From NCBI GenBank assembly GCA_944320845.1, contig CALUJA010000015.1, positions 532 through 64,531 of the forward strand: a stretch of DNA of 64,000 nucleotides. Reading direction: 5' to 3'. The translations under genes were made by a program, and so were the position numbers. The stretch is from an uncultured Phocaeicola sp. (GTDB lineage: Bacteria > Bacteroidota > Bacteroidia > Bacteroidales > Bacteroidaceae). The notes beneath the pieces were generated by a model. It made no database searches. It saw only the letters and a program-made list of their open reading frames with translations, and had not been told where the DNA came from. Positions 53,601 to 63,326 of the stretch are shown here, in pieces; within the stretch, counting starts at the first letter, position 1; each line of letters starts with the position of its first letter.

Positions 53601-54568
53601 TGCTCGTAGAGCTGCACCACGGGACTATAAAGGCGGAAAACCGTGCCGACTGTCAAGGAAGCTGTTTCACCATAAGAATCCCGCTGGAAAAAGACTTCCC
53701 GCCTGCCGATGAAAAGGCAAAAGACACAGACGGACAATACCTCCACACACTTCCCGACATGCCGGAAAAGGAACCGGAAACGCCGAACCGGCAGAACAAG
53801 CATGCCAAATACCATATACTGATAGTGGAAGACGACCTTGACATGTGCAAATATCTGGAAGAAAAGTTGGGACACATTTATAAGACTACCGTCTGCCACA
53901 ACGGACAGGAAGCCCTACAGCAGGCACTCGGCCGTCCCTTCGATTTGATTATATCCGACATCGTCATGCCGGTCATGAACGGTTTCGAACTCCTTGCCAT
54001 ATTAAAGGGAAACCCAGAGACAAACCACATCCCGATTATCCTGCTGACTTCGCGCGCTGAGGCAGAAAACCGGATAAAAGGATGGGAAGAGGGTGCCGAT
54101 GCCTTCCTGCCCAAGCCCTTCCAGATGAAGGAACTCGTGTCACTTTGCAGTAACCTGATTGAAAAGCACATCGTGCTGAAAGGAAAATACGGACTGGGGC
54201 AGGACATCGAGAAAAACATAAAGCCCATCGAAATCAAACCGAACGACGAACTGTTCGTCGAGCGCCTTACCAGAGTCATCAACGACCATCTGCCCGACCC
54301 GGAATTCACCGTCGAAGCTCTGGCCAAAGAAGTGGGCATAAGCAGAGTCCAGCTGCACCGCAGGCTGAAGGAACTGTTCGGCATATCAACCAGCGAGTTC
54401 ATCCGCAACCTGCGCCTGAAGCAGGCCACCATCCTGCTCAAAGAAAGCAAGACAAACATCTCGCAGATAGCATACGCCGTCGGCTTTTCAAACCCGATTC
54501 TGTTTTCCTCCATATTCAAGAAAGCATACGGATGCACCCCCACAGAATACCGCGAGAGGAACATGTAA
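50624..54568 (+). CDS. Hybrid two-component system (beta-propeller sensor, Y_Y_Y, HisKA, HATPase, REC, AraC HTH)
   Basis: WIATEDGLN repeats, NIAHEIRSPLTLI, GFGIGL, DIVMPVMNG, VGFSNPILFSSIFKK; start set at MKYIYA. Confidence 0.96.
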   Translation: MKYIYALVLSWLGYYCNAQSVYTYTNELSCNRITDLEQDASGFIWIATEDGLNKFDGYTFTSYFHDEQDSTSLLCNYTNKLYLDTDHQLWIATNKGIQCYVPEKDAFHSVELPGATQSNVSSMAQLHDGSIWISTSGYGLYSINPQTKQALRLSWISEQCDDSYVNCIYEDRLHNVWISFLGNRLACISPEKQQVTTYTMPYAPFPKVYGMAEDDKNNLFILTFNDVLMKPEGSSDFISVRNPGNKTVVGRDIIKASSGELLISTFNQGIMRIDTQQIRLLPDRHTQNINMENKNITSLIEDADGNKWLACNEGLAMISNEKKLFEFWKHPDSDIQTSPSAVCQTRNGDLWIGNQNCSLFRLSYDKKIVSRLKLPKYPRSICEDETGNLWIGCNNGGLFRLNPQTEALHFIPDFGDKDISKIIKGPGQSLFIALPGNGLGCYSLSSGEARIITYQTPMKNNSYLGSDWINDLLADQDGLIWICHFLGVSCYDPKKEEFLSLDINKTLSRHVCRNIVEDKDGQLWIGTNNGIYICDKARKSLRHIGKEDGMPSNVICAMELDNKGDPWCSTYKGLCHIGQKSHKVDTYLSGNGLTDEDYTPGVSTKDREGRIYFGGIYGITRFLPDSIRTSAPLHIPSLTGLLIDNTPANASMLKQRKNLADDAPIKARRLTFSPADNTLSFEFSTFKFHNQENIFFEYRMEGINDKWSRTALGENRISFNYLRPGHYTLEVRACEKETVSPVRSISIYIAPPWYLTSLAWAAYYLAAVSLIVFVIFIYFRRKDRRRKEEINEEKLRFFINIAHEIRSPLTLILDPVNELIKQNSGNSALSQNLHTIRQNTTRIINLMNQLLDIRRIDKGQMNLSYKETDLVPFIKNICELFKYQADKHHIRLSFTHQAESMPAVIDPANFDKVIINLLTNAFKYTPDGGTIEILLSSDTPRGSSREYAEISIRDTGIGIKPQDIKRIFERFYQSSAESRPNSGFGIGLHLVKMLVELHHGTIKAENRADCQGSCFTIRIPLEKDFPPADEKAKDTDGQYLHTLPDMPEKEPETPNRQNKHAKYHILIVEDDLDMCKYLEEKLGHIYKTTVCHNGQEALQQALGRPFDLIISDIVMPVMNGFELLAILKGNPETNHIPIILLTSRAEAENRIKGWEEGADAFLPKPFQMKELVSLCSNLIEKHIVLKGKYGLGQDIEKNIKPIEIKPNDELFVERLTRVINDHLPDPEFTVEALAKEVGISRVQLHRRLKELFGISTSEFIRNLRLKQATILLKESKTNISQIAYAVGFSNPILFSSIFKKAYGCTPTEYRERNM

Positions 54569-54663
54569 CAAATCCATAAGCAAAATGAAACAGTCCGTAA
54601 CATATCCGGCAACTTCATGAAACGATAACATGAGCCTTGCCCTCTTCATAATTGTTATTTTTG
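54564..54663 (+). promoter_or_regulatory. susC promoter with upstream direct repeats (candidate HTCS site)
   Basis: GTAACA.ATCC-N10-ATGAAAC twice at 32-bp spacing (54565, 54597); -7 box TATTTTTG at 54656-54663. Confidence 0.65.
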
Positions 54664-54689
54664 CTGATGTAACTTTAAAACCAACAATT

Positions 54690-57600
54690 ATGAAAAACAT
54701 TTTTCGCAATCTGGAGCGAAAGACGGCCCTGCTGTTTGCCGTCTTTCTTGCTTGCTCGCTTACGGTCTCGGCGCAATCCGTGGCGCTGACCGGCATCGTA
54801 AAGGACGCTTTCGGTGAAGGAATCATCGGAGCCAACGTGATAGAGAAGGGAACGACCAACGGAACGGTAACCGACCTGGACGGAAACTTCAGTCTGACCG
54901 TATCCGGACAGGATGCCGTGCTGACCATATCCTTTTTGGGATACATCACGCAGGACATAAGAGTAGGTAACCAGTCTTCCTTCAACGTAATATTAAAGGA
55001 AGATACACAGAATCTGGACGAGGTTATTGTCATTGGATACGGAACCGCCAAAAAGAGCGACCTGACGGGAGCCGTTACCCGAGCCGACATGGGGGCACTG
55101 GAAAAATCTCCGAATGTCAATGTCCTGCAGGGATTGAAAGGCGTCGTTCCGGGGCTTAACATAGGTATCGCCACCAAGGCGGGCGACTCGCCGACGGTTT
55201 CCATCCGCGGACGAAACTCCATTTCAGGCTCAACCGAACCGCTTGTGGTGCTGGACGGAGTAATTTACCGAGGCAACATATCCGACATCAACCCGAGCGA
55301 TATCGAGTCTATTGATGTGCTGAAAGACGCCAGCAGCACGGCCATCTACGGTTCGCAAGCTGCCAACGGCGTCCTGATGATAACGACAAAAACCGCCAAA
55401 ACCGTATCCAAACCGATTTTTGAATATAGCGGAACATTTTCTTTGCAAGGGCTAATCAACAATAACATGAAGCGTCTCGACCGCGATGGCTTTGCCCAAC
55501 AGGTGGCTGATATAAAGATAGCCGAAAGCCGCATGGGGCAAGACCTGCTTCAGCCTAATCCGGACTTCAATCCTGCTACTTACTTTAAAGACGGCGAGGT
55601 AATATCCGGCTACAATGAGGGCGTGAACACAGACTGGTGGGACTTGCTCACAAACGATGTTCCATACATTCAAAACCACAATATCAGCGTGCGCGGAAAG
55701 ACGGAAATGAATAGCTATTTCATCTCTTTCGGCTTTACAGACCAACAGAACATGGTGGTGAACGACACATATAAACGTTACAATGTGCGCATGAACTTAG
55801 ATAGCAAAATCACTGACTGGCTGAAAATCGGAACCGCTTCCTATTTCAATGTGAGCAATTTCTCAGGAGCAAACACTTCTTTCGGCAGTCTGTTCAGCAT
55901 TCCGGCCTCGGCCACTCCCTACGAAGACGACGGCAAAACGCTGAAAGTGCAGCCGCTCGCGAGCACAATCAACCCCTTGCTCACCATGGACAATCCTAAC
56001 AAAGACCTGCGCTACAACCTGTCAGGAAATGTTTATGCCGATGTAAGCATTCCGTGGGTCAAGGGCCTGAGCTACCGCATCAACTATGCAAACAACTGGA
56101 CCATTTACAACTACTATAATTTTGACCCGTATGGAAACACGCTTTTAGGGCAGGCGGAAAAGAAGCATACCAATCAAAACGAATGGACGCTCGACAACAT
56201 AGTCACTTATCAAAATACCTTCGGCAAGCACTCCATCAATGCAACCTTCGTTTATGGCGTGGAAAAACGCACATACGAAGCGACCGATGCCATCGCAAAG
56301 ACTTTCAATGACAAGACTTTGGGCTATAACGACATGGCGATGGGACAGGCAGACCTGAATACCATCACATCAAACGCCTGGGAAGAAAGCAGCCTATACA
56401 ACATGTTGCGCCTGGTATATACCTATAATGACCGCTATATCTTTACGGGAACCATACGCCGCGACGGCTTTTCCGGCTTTGCGGAAGGACATAAGTTCGG
56501 ATATTTCCCGTCTGTTGCCGCGGCATGGCGGCTTTCGGAAGAGTCATTCATCAAAGACAACCTTAAATGGATTGACAATCTGAAGCTCCGTCTGTCGTAC
56601 GGCTCAAGCGGAAACCGGACAGCAGGGCGTTATGCGACCATGGCACAAATGGCAAACAGCAACGCTTCATGGAGCAGCACAGGCTATGTATACGGCGACG
56701 GCGCGACCGGAGGCTTGATGCAGCTGATGAGTACCCTGCCAAACCCCGACTTGAAATGGGAGACAACCCAGTCTGTCAACTTGGGAATTGACTTCAGTGT
56801 ACTGGGAGGACGGCTGTTTGGTAACTACGAATTCTACGTTTCAAAGACCAGCGACCTGATATATAATGTTGAAATCCCGCACATGAACGGCATGGTGACC
56901 AACAGTATCCCGACAAACATCGGTAAGCTGCGCAACATCGGACACGAATTCAGCATCACAGGCATCCCTGTCGTAAACAAAGATTTCCAATGGACTGTCA
57001 CCGCCAACTTTTCACTGAACAAAAACAAAGTAGAAAGCATTCTGGGAATCGATGCCGACAAGGACGGAAAGGAAGACGACCTGATTGCAAGCAACATCTT
57101 CATCGGCGAACCGCTGAACACGATATATGACTACAATATTATCGGCATGTGGCAGGTAGACGACTATAATAAGGGAATCATCCCCGACGGCTTTCTGTAC
57201 GGAACTTACAAGATAGAAGACATCAACAATGACGGTAGCTACACGGCCGAAGACGACCGCAAAATCCTCGGTTACGAAGACCCGCTGTTTCGTTTCAGCA
57301 TCCAAAACAACTTTACATACAAGGACTTCGAGCTGAACATCTTCATCAACGCCGTGCAGGGCGGGAAAAACCACTATTTGGGACAGCCTGCCGGAGATTT
57401 GGCCATACCCGACCATCTGCTCAGCAACAGTTTCATGAAGTTTGACTACTGGACTCCGGAAAATCCGAACGCGCGCTACCGCCAGCTGGGATTCTATACA
57501 AACTCATTAGGTTCAGGATTCTCACCCTATATCTCCCGCAGTTTCGTCCGCCTGCAAGAGCTGTCGCTGGCATACAATCTGCCAAAAAGTTTCTTGAAAA

Positions 57601-57767
57601 AGATTCACGTAAACCGCGCAAAGGTCTTCATCAGCGCATCAAACCTCTTTACCATCACAGGATGGGACGGATGGGACCCGGAGGCAGGACAAGGCATCAG
57701 CTATGACCTGGACGGCGGCTATCCGACCATGAAGAGCTATACGCTGGGACTGAACTTCGAGTTCTAA
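54690..57767 (+). CDS. SusC family TonB-dependent transporter
   Basis: CarboxypepD-like N-terminus, DVLKDASSTAIYGSQAANGV plug, LKWETT, C-terminal F. Confidence 0.96.
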   Translation: MKNIFRNLERKTALLFAVFLACSLTVSAQSVALTGIVKDAFGEGIIGANVIEKGTTNGTVTDLDGNFSLTVSGQDAVLTISFLGYITQDIRVGNQSSFNVILKEDTQNLDEVIVIGYGTAKKSDLTGAVTRADMGALEKSPNVNVLQGLKGVVPGLNIGIATKAGDSPTVSIRGRNSISGSTEPLVVLDGVIYRGNISDINPSDIESIDVLKDASSTAIYGSQAANGVLMITTKTAKTVSKPIFEYSGTFSLQGLINNNMKRLDRDGFAQQVADIKIAESRMGQDLLQPNPDFNPATYFKDGEVISGYNEGVNTDWWDLLTNDVPYIQNHNISVRGKTEMNSYFISFGFTDQQNMVVNDTYKRYNVRMNLDSKITDWLKIGTASYFNVSNFSGANTSFGSLFSIPASATPYEDDGKTLKVQPLASTINPLLTMDNPNKDLRYNLSGNVYADVSIPWVKGLSYRINYANNWTIYNYYNFDPYGNTLLGQAEKKHTNQNEWTLDNIVTYQNTFGKHSINATFVYGVEKRTYEATDAIAKTFNDKTLGYNDMAMGQADLNTITSNAWEESSLYNMLRLVYTYNDRYIFTGTIRRDGFSGFAEGHKFGYFPSVAAAWRLSEESFIKDNLKWIDNLKLRLSYGSSGNRTAGRYATMAQMANSNASWSSTGYVYGDGATGGLMQLMSTLPNPDLKWETTQSVNLGIDFSVLGGRLFGNYEFYVSKTSDLIYNVEIPHMNGMVTNSIPTNIGKLRNIGHEFSITGIPVVNKDFQWTVTANFSLNKNKVESILGIDADKDGKEDDLIASNIFIGEPLNTIYDYNIIGMWQVDDYNKGIIPDGFLYGTYKIEDINNDGSYTAEDDRKILGYEDPLFRFSIQNNFTYKDFELNIFINAVQGGKNHYLGQPAGDLAIPDHLLSNSFMKFDYWTPENPNARYRQLGFYTNSLGSGFSPYISRSFVRLQELSLAYNLPKSFLKKIHVNRAKVFISASNLFTITGWDGWDPEAGQGISYDLDGGYPTMKSYTLGLNFEF

Positions 57768-57804
57768 CAACCTTGACAAAATCTATTTTAAAATACGCAC
57801 TACA

Positions 57805-59520
57805 ATGAAAAGCTTGAAATATATTTTTGCGGCCGCGGCATTATCATGCTTGGGCACCGCCTGCAATGAAAGCAACTGGCTTGAAGAAACTCCATACGAC
57901 TTCTATACGCCGGAAAACTCCTATACAACGACCGCCCAGTTCCAACAGGCGCTGAATTATCTGTATGACCAGGTGCGCGGAATGCGGTGGAAACTGGGAG
58001 ACCAGCACATGGCTCTTATCTGCAGTGACCTTGCATCCGGAGGGACGGACACGAATCCGGTAGCCAAATTCAACGACTACAAGACATTCATCACGCCTTA
58101 TACCTACGTTTCCAGCTCGTTCTGGGACATTTCCTACGCGGCCATCGCCAACGCAAATACCATCATCAACCGCATTGACATGGAGAACGAGGTGGGAGAA
58201 TCCGACAAAAAAGTGATTAAAGGGCAGGCTCTGTTCTTCCGTGCCTATTTCTACAACTTTCTGGCCAATCTTTACGGCGGCGTTCCCCTGATACTGGAGG
58301 AAGCGAGCGAGCCGCGCCAGGATTATGTCCGGGCATCCCGTGAGGAGACCTACGACCGCGCGCGCCAAGACCTGGAGGATGCCGCCCTAATGCTGAATGA
58401 TATCACGGCGGCCAAAGACGGGGAAGTAAACATACAGGCGGCCAAGCACCTGCTGACCGAGGTCTACATCTCGCTTGGAAACTATCAAAAGGCCATCGAT
58501 GCCGCCACCGAAGTCATCAATGACCCGAACATGGATTTGATGGATACCCGCTTCGGCTCCCGGCAAGGCGAGACGGCGAACGGAGAGTCCCCGTATTGGG
58601 ACTTATTCCAGCTGAATAACCAGAACCGCTCAAGCGGAAACCGGGAGACCATCTGGGCCTTGCAGTACGAATACAAGAACTCAGGCTCGCCTTACAGCAA
58701 CGAACTGCCCCGATGGCTGCTTCCTTACTACGAAGGACTGAATGTTCCGGGCAAAGACGGGAACAATGTCAAGGCTTTCACGCTCAATACGATGGAAAAA
58801 GGCGGACGAGGAATCGGCACCATCCGACCTACCGACCATTTCCTCTATGAAATCTGGGACGCGGGCGATGACAGAAATTCAGAACTCCTTATCAAGCGCG
58901 ACTACCAGATAGACAATCCGGACGCCGTGGACTTCGGAAAATGGATAATGGCCGACCATATCTACGAAACGCTCAACACCGAACAGCAGACACGCCAGTT
59001 CTATCCGTTTATCCTGAAGTTCAGCCAAATCGGGACTCTGGAGGAAGACAATTACGCAAAGAACTCCGACGGGTCTTATCAGATGACCGCACTCGGAGAG
59101 CACGGCGTAGTCTACGCCTGGGGAAGTCTAAGCGCCAATACATCCATGCGCGACGAATATATGTTCCGGCTCGCGGGAACTTATCTGCTGAGGGCCGAAG
59201 CCTATTACTGGAACAATGAGCCGGGGAAGGCTAAGAAAGACCTGAACGAGATAAGACGGCGCGCCAACGCCCCCGCCATCAGCGAGTCGGATGTCAGCCT
59301 CGACTTCATCCTCGACGAGCAGCTGCGCGAACTTTACTTCGAGGATTTCCGCGTGCCGACCTTATGCCGGTTGGGGAAGATGGTGGAACGCTCCAGAAAA
59401 TACAATCCGTTCGGGATGAATGTGGGAGACCAGCAGAATCTGTTCCCTATCCCGTACAGCGAAATCGAAAAGAATATTTTCGGAACAATGGAGCAGAACC
59501 CAGGTTATGAAGGATTCTAA
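57805..59520 (+). CDS. SusD family lipoprotein
   Basis: Lipobox GTAC, FFRAYFY..L..LYGGVPL, LDEQLRELYFE, QNPGY. Confidence 0.95.
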   Translation: MKSLKYIFAAAALSCLGTACNESNWLEETPYDFYTPENSYTTTAQFQQALNYLYDQVRGMRWKLGDQHMALICSDLASGGTDTNPVAKFNDYKTFITPYTYVSSSFWDISYAAIANANTIINRIDMENEVGESDKKVIKGQALFFRAYFYNFLANLYGGVPLILEEASEPRQDYVRASREETYDRARQDLEDAALMLNDITAAKDGEVNIQAAKHLLTEVYISLGNYQKAIDAATEVINDPNMDLMDTRFGSRQGETANGESPYWDLFQLNNQNRSSGNRETIWALQYEYKNSGSPYSNELPRWLLPYYEGLNVPGKDGNNVKAFTLNTMEKGGRGIGTIRPTDHFLYEIWDAGDDRNSELLIKRDYQIDNPDAVDFGKWIMADHIYETLNTEQQTRQFYPFILKFSQIGTLEEDNYAKNSDGSYQMTALGEHGVVYAWGSLSANTSMRDEYMFRLAGTYLLRAEAYYWNNEPGKAKKDLNEIRRRANAPAISESDVSLDFILDEQLRELYFEDFRVPTLCRLGKMVERSRKYNPFGMNVGDQQNLFPIPYSEIEKNIFGTMEQNPGYEGF

Positions 59521-59600
59521 TTAATTTTGGCCCTGTCCGTGCGGCTGTTCGGATATGGACAGCCGCACGGACGGCCAGCATCAAAACCAGACATTCATTT

Positions 59601-61961
59601 ATGAAAAGATTTTTGACCTTAGGATTTCTCCTGTGCATCACCATAGGAATATTCGCGCAGAAAGAAGTCAGAACCAAAGAAAAGTTTGACTTTGACTGGA
59701 GATTCTCCTTGACAGACGACAGACAATACGCCAATCCAGACTTTGACGACCGGGACTGGCAAGATATCCAACTGCCCCACGACTGGAGCATCAAGATGGA
59801 ATTCGACTTTTCCGTCAGCGGCTCGGCAGCCCATCTGCCCGGAGGCATCGGATGGTACCGCAAAACGTTTGCCGTCCCGGCTTCACACAAGGGGAAATCC
59901 ATATCCATCTTGTTCGACGGCATATTCCACCAGAGCGATGTATACATCAACGGGCATCATCTGGGCTTTCGTCCCTACGGCTTTTGCAGCATCGAATACG
60001 ACCTGACCCCTTATCTGAACTACGGAGGAAAGAACACGGTCGCCGTCCGCGTAGACCGTTCGGGGAAGAATGATATAGCCCGATGGTACACCGGTTCGGG
60101 CATCTACCGGCATGTATGGCTGATAACGGCCGGTGCCGTGCATGTAATCAACGACGGAACCTATGTAACCACTCCGCGGATTACGGAAGAACGGGCCGAT
60201 GTCCGCATCGTGACCAGCGTAACAAATGCCTCGGACAAGCCGCACCGGATAGAAGTGTCGCAGCGCATACTGACAAGCGAAGGCAAAGCCGCGACCAAAA
60301 GTCTGAACAGTGAAAGGCTGACCGTCGTTCCGGGCGACACAACGGACATCGTACAGGACATCACGCTGTCTTCGCCCGTATTGTGGTCGACCGACAATCC
60401 TTATCTCTACACATTGGAAACGACAGTAAAATCGGACGGAAAGAAGACAGATGTATATCAGACACGTTTCGGCGTGCGTTCGATAGCGTTCACAGCCGAC
60501 AAAGGCTTCTTCCTGAACGGGAAACAGACGAAGCTGAAAGGCGTATGCCTGCATGAAGACGCAGGTTCGCTGGGGACAGCCGTACCCGAGCGCAGCAACG
60601 AACGCCGTCTTGAAATATTGAAAGAATACGGATGCAACGCCATCCGCTGCGCCCATAACCAACCGTCGCCTGAATTCCTTGACCTGTGCGACCGGATGGG
60701 CTTTCTGGTCATCGACGAAGCCTTCGACAAATGGAAGTCGGGATACTACGCCAAATATTTTGACCAATGGTGGCAGAAGGATTTGGCCAATATGCTGACG
60801 CGCGACCGCAACCATCCATCCGTCATTTTGTGGAGTATCGGCAACGAATTGCAAGAGGCATGGGACGACAGCACCGACACCGGAGTAAGACGGGCACAGA
60901 TGCTTCAGGACTTTGTCCACAAGCATGAGCCGAGCCGCATGGTCATTCTCTCAGCACAAAACAACCATCAGGAGCGGTTTGCAGGAGTGACCGATGTCAT
61001 CGGATACAACTATCTGGAGGCGCGGATGCTGAGCGACCATCAGAAATTCCCTGAAAGACGGATGATGATAACGGAAGAACTGCCCTACTTCAGCGGCGAA
61101 GAAGGAAACATCCGGAGCTATACCCCTTTCAACCCGTGGAATATCATCGCCGCAAACGAGTTTGTGGCCGGGGGATTCATATGGTCGGGGGCGGATTATC
61201 TGGGAGAAGCCGTCGGGCAAAGCCACGGATGGCCGAACGGACTGTTTGATATCTGCATGTTTGAAAAGCCAAGAGCGGCCTACCACCGCGCCATGTGGAG
61301 CGACAAGCCGACCGTAAGCATCGCTTTCCTCGACCCTTCGCTGGATATTGACCACGGACGCGACCTGTGGCAATGGCCAAAAATGGCTTCGCACTGGAAT
61401 CTGCCGGAATCTTATATCGGACAAGTAATCCAGGTATGCACCATCACCAACTGCGAAAGCGTGGAGATATTCCTGAACGGCAAGTCAATGGGCAAGCAGA
61501 ACACGGCCGACTTTCCGAACAACACCATCATCTGGAACATTCCCTACCGCCCCGGCGTAGTGACGGCCAAAGGATATAACGGCGGCAAGGAAGCAGCTGC
61601 CTTCCGGCTCGAGACATCGCTCGGCACCGACAGCATGACCCTGACGCCGGACAGGAGCATCATTGCGGCAGACGGGCAGGATGTGTCGCATATCACCGTG
61701 CAACTGTATGACAAGAACGGCAAGCCGGTGCAGACGGACGACCGAGAACTGACCGTGACCGTGGAGGGAGACGGGAAGTTCATGGGCATCGACAGCGGAG
61801 ACCTAAGAAGAAAACGCACTTTCAACACCAACAGGCTGAAAACCTACTTCGGAAAGACGCTGATAGTGGTACAGTCTCTGCGGAAAGCCGGACAAATGAC
61901 CGTAAAGGTGGAGATGGAAGGGAAGGACAGCCCGTATACAGTCCGGATACAGTCGGAATGA
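59601..61961 (+). CDS. GH2 glycoside hydrolase (DUF4982/Ig C-terminal type), exported
   Basis: LPHDWSI, GIGWYRK, WYTGSGIYR, WSIGNE, ITEE. Confidence 0.93.
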   Translation: MKRFLTLGFLLCITIGIFAQKEVRTKEKFDFDWRFSLTDDRQYANPDFDDRDWQDIQLPHDWSIKMEFDFSVSGSAAHLPGGIGWYRKTFAVPASHKGKSISILFDGIFHQSDVYINGHHLGFRPYGFCSIEYDLTPYLNYGGKNTVAVRVDRSGKNDIARWYTGSGIYRHVWLITAGAVHVINDGTYVTTPRITEERADVRIVTSVTNASDKPHRIEVSQRILTSEGKAATKSLNSERLTVVPGDTTDIVQDITLSSPVLWSTDNPYLYTLETTVKSDGKKTDVYQTRFGVRSIAFTADKGFFLNGKQTKLKGVCLHEDAGSLGTAVPERSNERRLEILKEYGCNAIRCAHNQPSPEFLDLCDRMGFLVIDEAFDKWKSGYYAKYFDQWWQKDLANMLTRDRNHPSVILWSIGNELQEAWDDSTDTGVRRAQMLQDFVHKHEPSRMVILSAQNNHQERFAGVTDVIGYNYLEARMLSDHQKFPERRMMITEELPYFSGEEGNIRSYTPFNPWNIIAANEFVAGGFIWSGADYLGEAVGQSHGWPNGLFDICMFEKPRAAYHRAMWSDKPTVSIAFLDPSLDIDHGRDLWQWPKMASHWNLPESYIGQVIQVCTITNCESVEIFLNGKSMGKQNTADFPNNTIIWNIPYRPGVVTAKGYNGGKEAAAFRLETSLGTDSMTLTPDRSIIAADGQDVSHITVQLYDKNGKPVQTDDRELTVTVEGDGKFMGIDSGDLRRKRTFNTNRLKTYFGKTLIVVQSLRKAGQMTVKVEMEGKDSPYTVRIQSE

Positions 61962-62129
61962 CCGGTTCGGATGACCGCAGAGGGCAGCAAGCGACGCCCG
62001 ATTATCAAGCGGCGTAGCCGGGGAATGCCCCGGTTTCATGCCCGCCAAAAAAGCGGTGCATCCGCATCATAAATCCGTATGGCCCATACGGAAAATCCGC
62101 AAATCCGAAGCAAAACCGTCATAAGACAG

Positions 62130-62166
62130 CAGCGCCGGGACGGGGCAAAGCCTCATCCCGGCGCTG
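62130..62166. terminator. Hairpin between convergent GH2 and argD
   Basis: CAGCGCCGGGA..TCCCGGCGCTG. Confidence 0.7.
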
Positions 62167-62182
62167 ATATATAAGTCAACCG

Positions 62183-63307
62183 TCAATCCAGCACCTTGTG
62201 CAGACGATTCAGAAAGTCACCGGCCTCTTCCATGCTCAGGCAAAGCGGCGGAAGCAGGCGGAGCACATTCGTTCCGCTTACGCCGGTAAATACCTTTTGC
62301 TCGAACAGCAGGCGGCGGCGAAGCTCCTTTATCGGATTTTCAAACTCAAGCCCAATCATCAGGCCGCGTCCGCGCACCTCCCTGATGCCCGAAAAGCCTT
62401 TCAGTTCATCCAGCAAAAAAGCCCCTACCTTGGCAGCATTCTCCACCAGTCCCTCGGCCTTCATGACATCGAGCACCGCAATAGCGGCCGCGCAAGCCAG
62501 ATGATTGCCCCCGAAGGTAGTGCCCAACTGTCCGTAAACCGGCTCAAACTTCGGGCTTATCAATACTCCTCCCATCGGGAAGCCATTGCCGATGCCCTTT
62601 GCCACCGTAATGATATCCGGACGGATTCCGGCATACTGGTGCGCAAAGAACTTGCCGCTGCGTCCGTAGCCCGACTGAATCTCATCGAGTATCAGCACCG
62701 TATCATTTTCGTCACAGGCCCTACGCAACGCCTGCATAAACTCCGTGGTGGGCAGCTGAATGCCTCCCACTCCCTGGATGCCTTCAATAATCACCGCGCA
62801 TACATCCCCCTTCGCCAGTTCATCCTTCATTGCCTCAATATCGTTCAGGGGAAGATACGTTACATGCCCGTTGTCGTTGACGGGAGCAATAATCTTAGGA
62901 TTGTCTGTTACTTCCACCGACAGCGAAGTACGCCCGTGAAACGCCTTGGCAAACGATACCAGCCGTGTACGCCCATTATGGAAAGACGCCAGTTTCAAGG
63001 CGTTCTCATTGGCTTCCGCTCCCGAATTAATCAGGAAAAGCTGGTAATCATCGTAGCCTGAGATGGCGCCCAAACGGTCGGCCACCTCTTGCTGAAGCTT
63101 GTTTATGACAGAGTTTGAATAAAATCCCAAAGCAGCGACCTGCCTGCTGACCGCCTCCACATAATGCGGATGTGCGTGTCCGATGGAGATTACGGCATGT
63201 CCGCCGTAAAGGTCAAGGTATTCATCGCCCTTGTCGTCCCATACATGGCACCCCTTTCCCCTTACGATATTGACATCGAAAAGGGGATAGACATCGAATA
63301 GCTTCAT
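62183..63307 (-). CDS. argD: Acetyl/succinylornithine aminotransferase
   Basis: DLYGGHAV, SGAEANE, DEIQSGYGRSG, VAKGIGNG; start set at MKLFDVY. Confidence 0.95.
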   Translation of the reverse strand: MKLFDVYPLFDVNIVRGKGCHVWDDKGDEYLDLYGGHAVISIGHAHPHYVEAVSRQVAALGFYSNSVINKLQQEVADRLGAISGYDDYQLFLINSGAEANENALKLASFHNGRTRLVSFAKAFHGRTSLSVEVTDNPKIIAPVNDNGHVTYLPLNDIEAMKDELAKGDVCAVIIEGIQGVGGIQLPTTEFMQALRRACDENDTVLILDEIQSGYGRSGKFFAHQYAGIRPDIITVAKGIGNGFPMGGVLISPKFEPVYGQLGTTFGGNHLACAAAIAVLDVMKAEGLVENAAKVGAFLLDELKGFSGIREVRGRGLMIGLEFENPIKELRRRLLFEQKVFTGVSGTNVLRLLPPLCLSMEEAGDFLNRLHKVLD

Positions 63308-63326
63308 ATCTTTTTCATTTTTAATA

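Noticed and set aside
54648-54691. Invertible promoter: ATAATTGTT..AACAATTAT around the susC -7 box
   Set aside because: Only 9 AT-rich bp with a 26-bp spacer, far shorter than known Bacteroides invertons; no recombinase nearby
59883-60926. 347-aa minus-strand ORF (and similar long shadows at 14281-15288, 13295-14080, 32027-32875, 17150-18019, 62198-63061)
   Set aside because: Opposite well-supported genes, no motifs; expected from GC-rich codon bias
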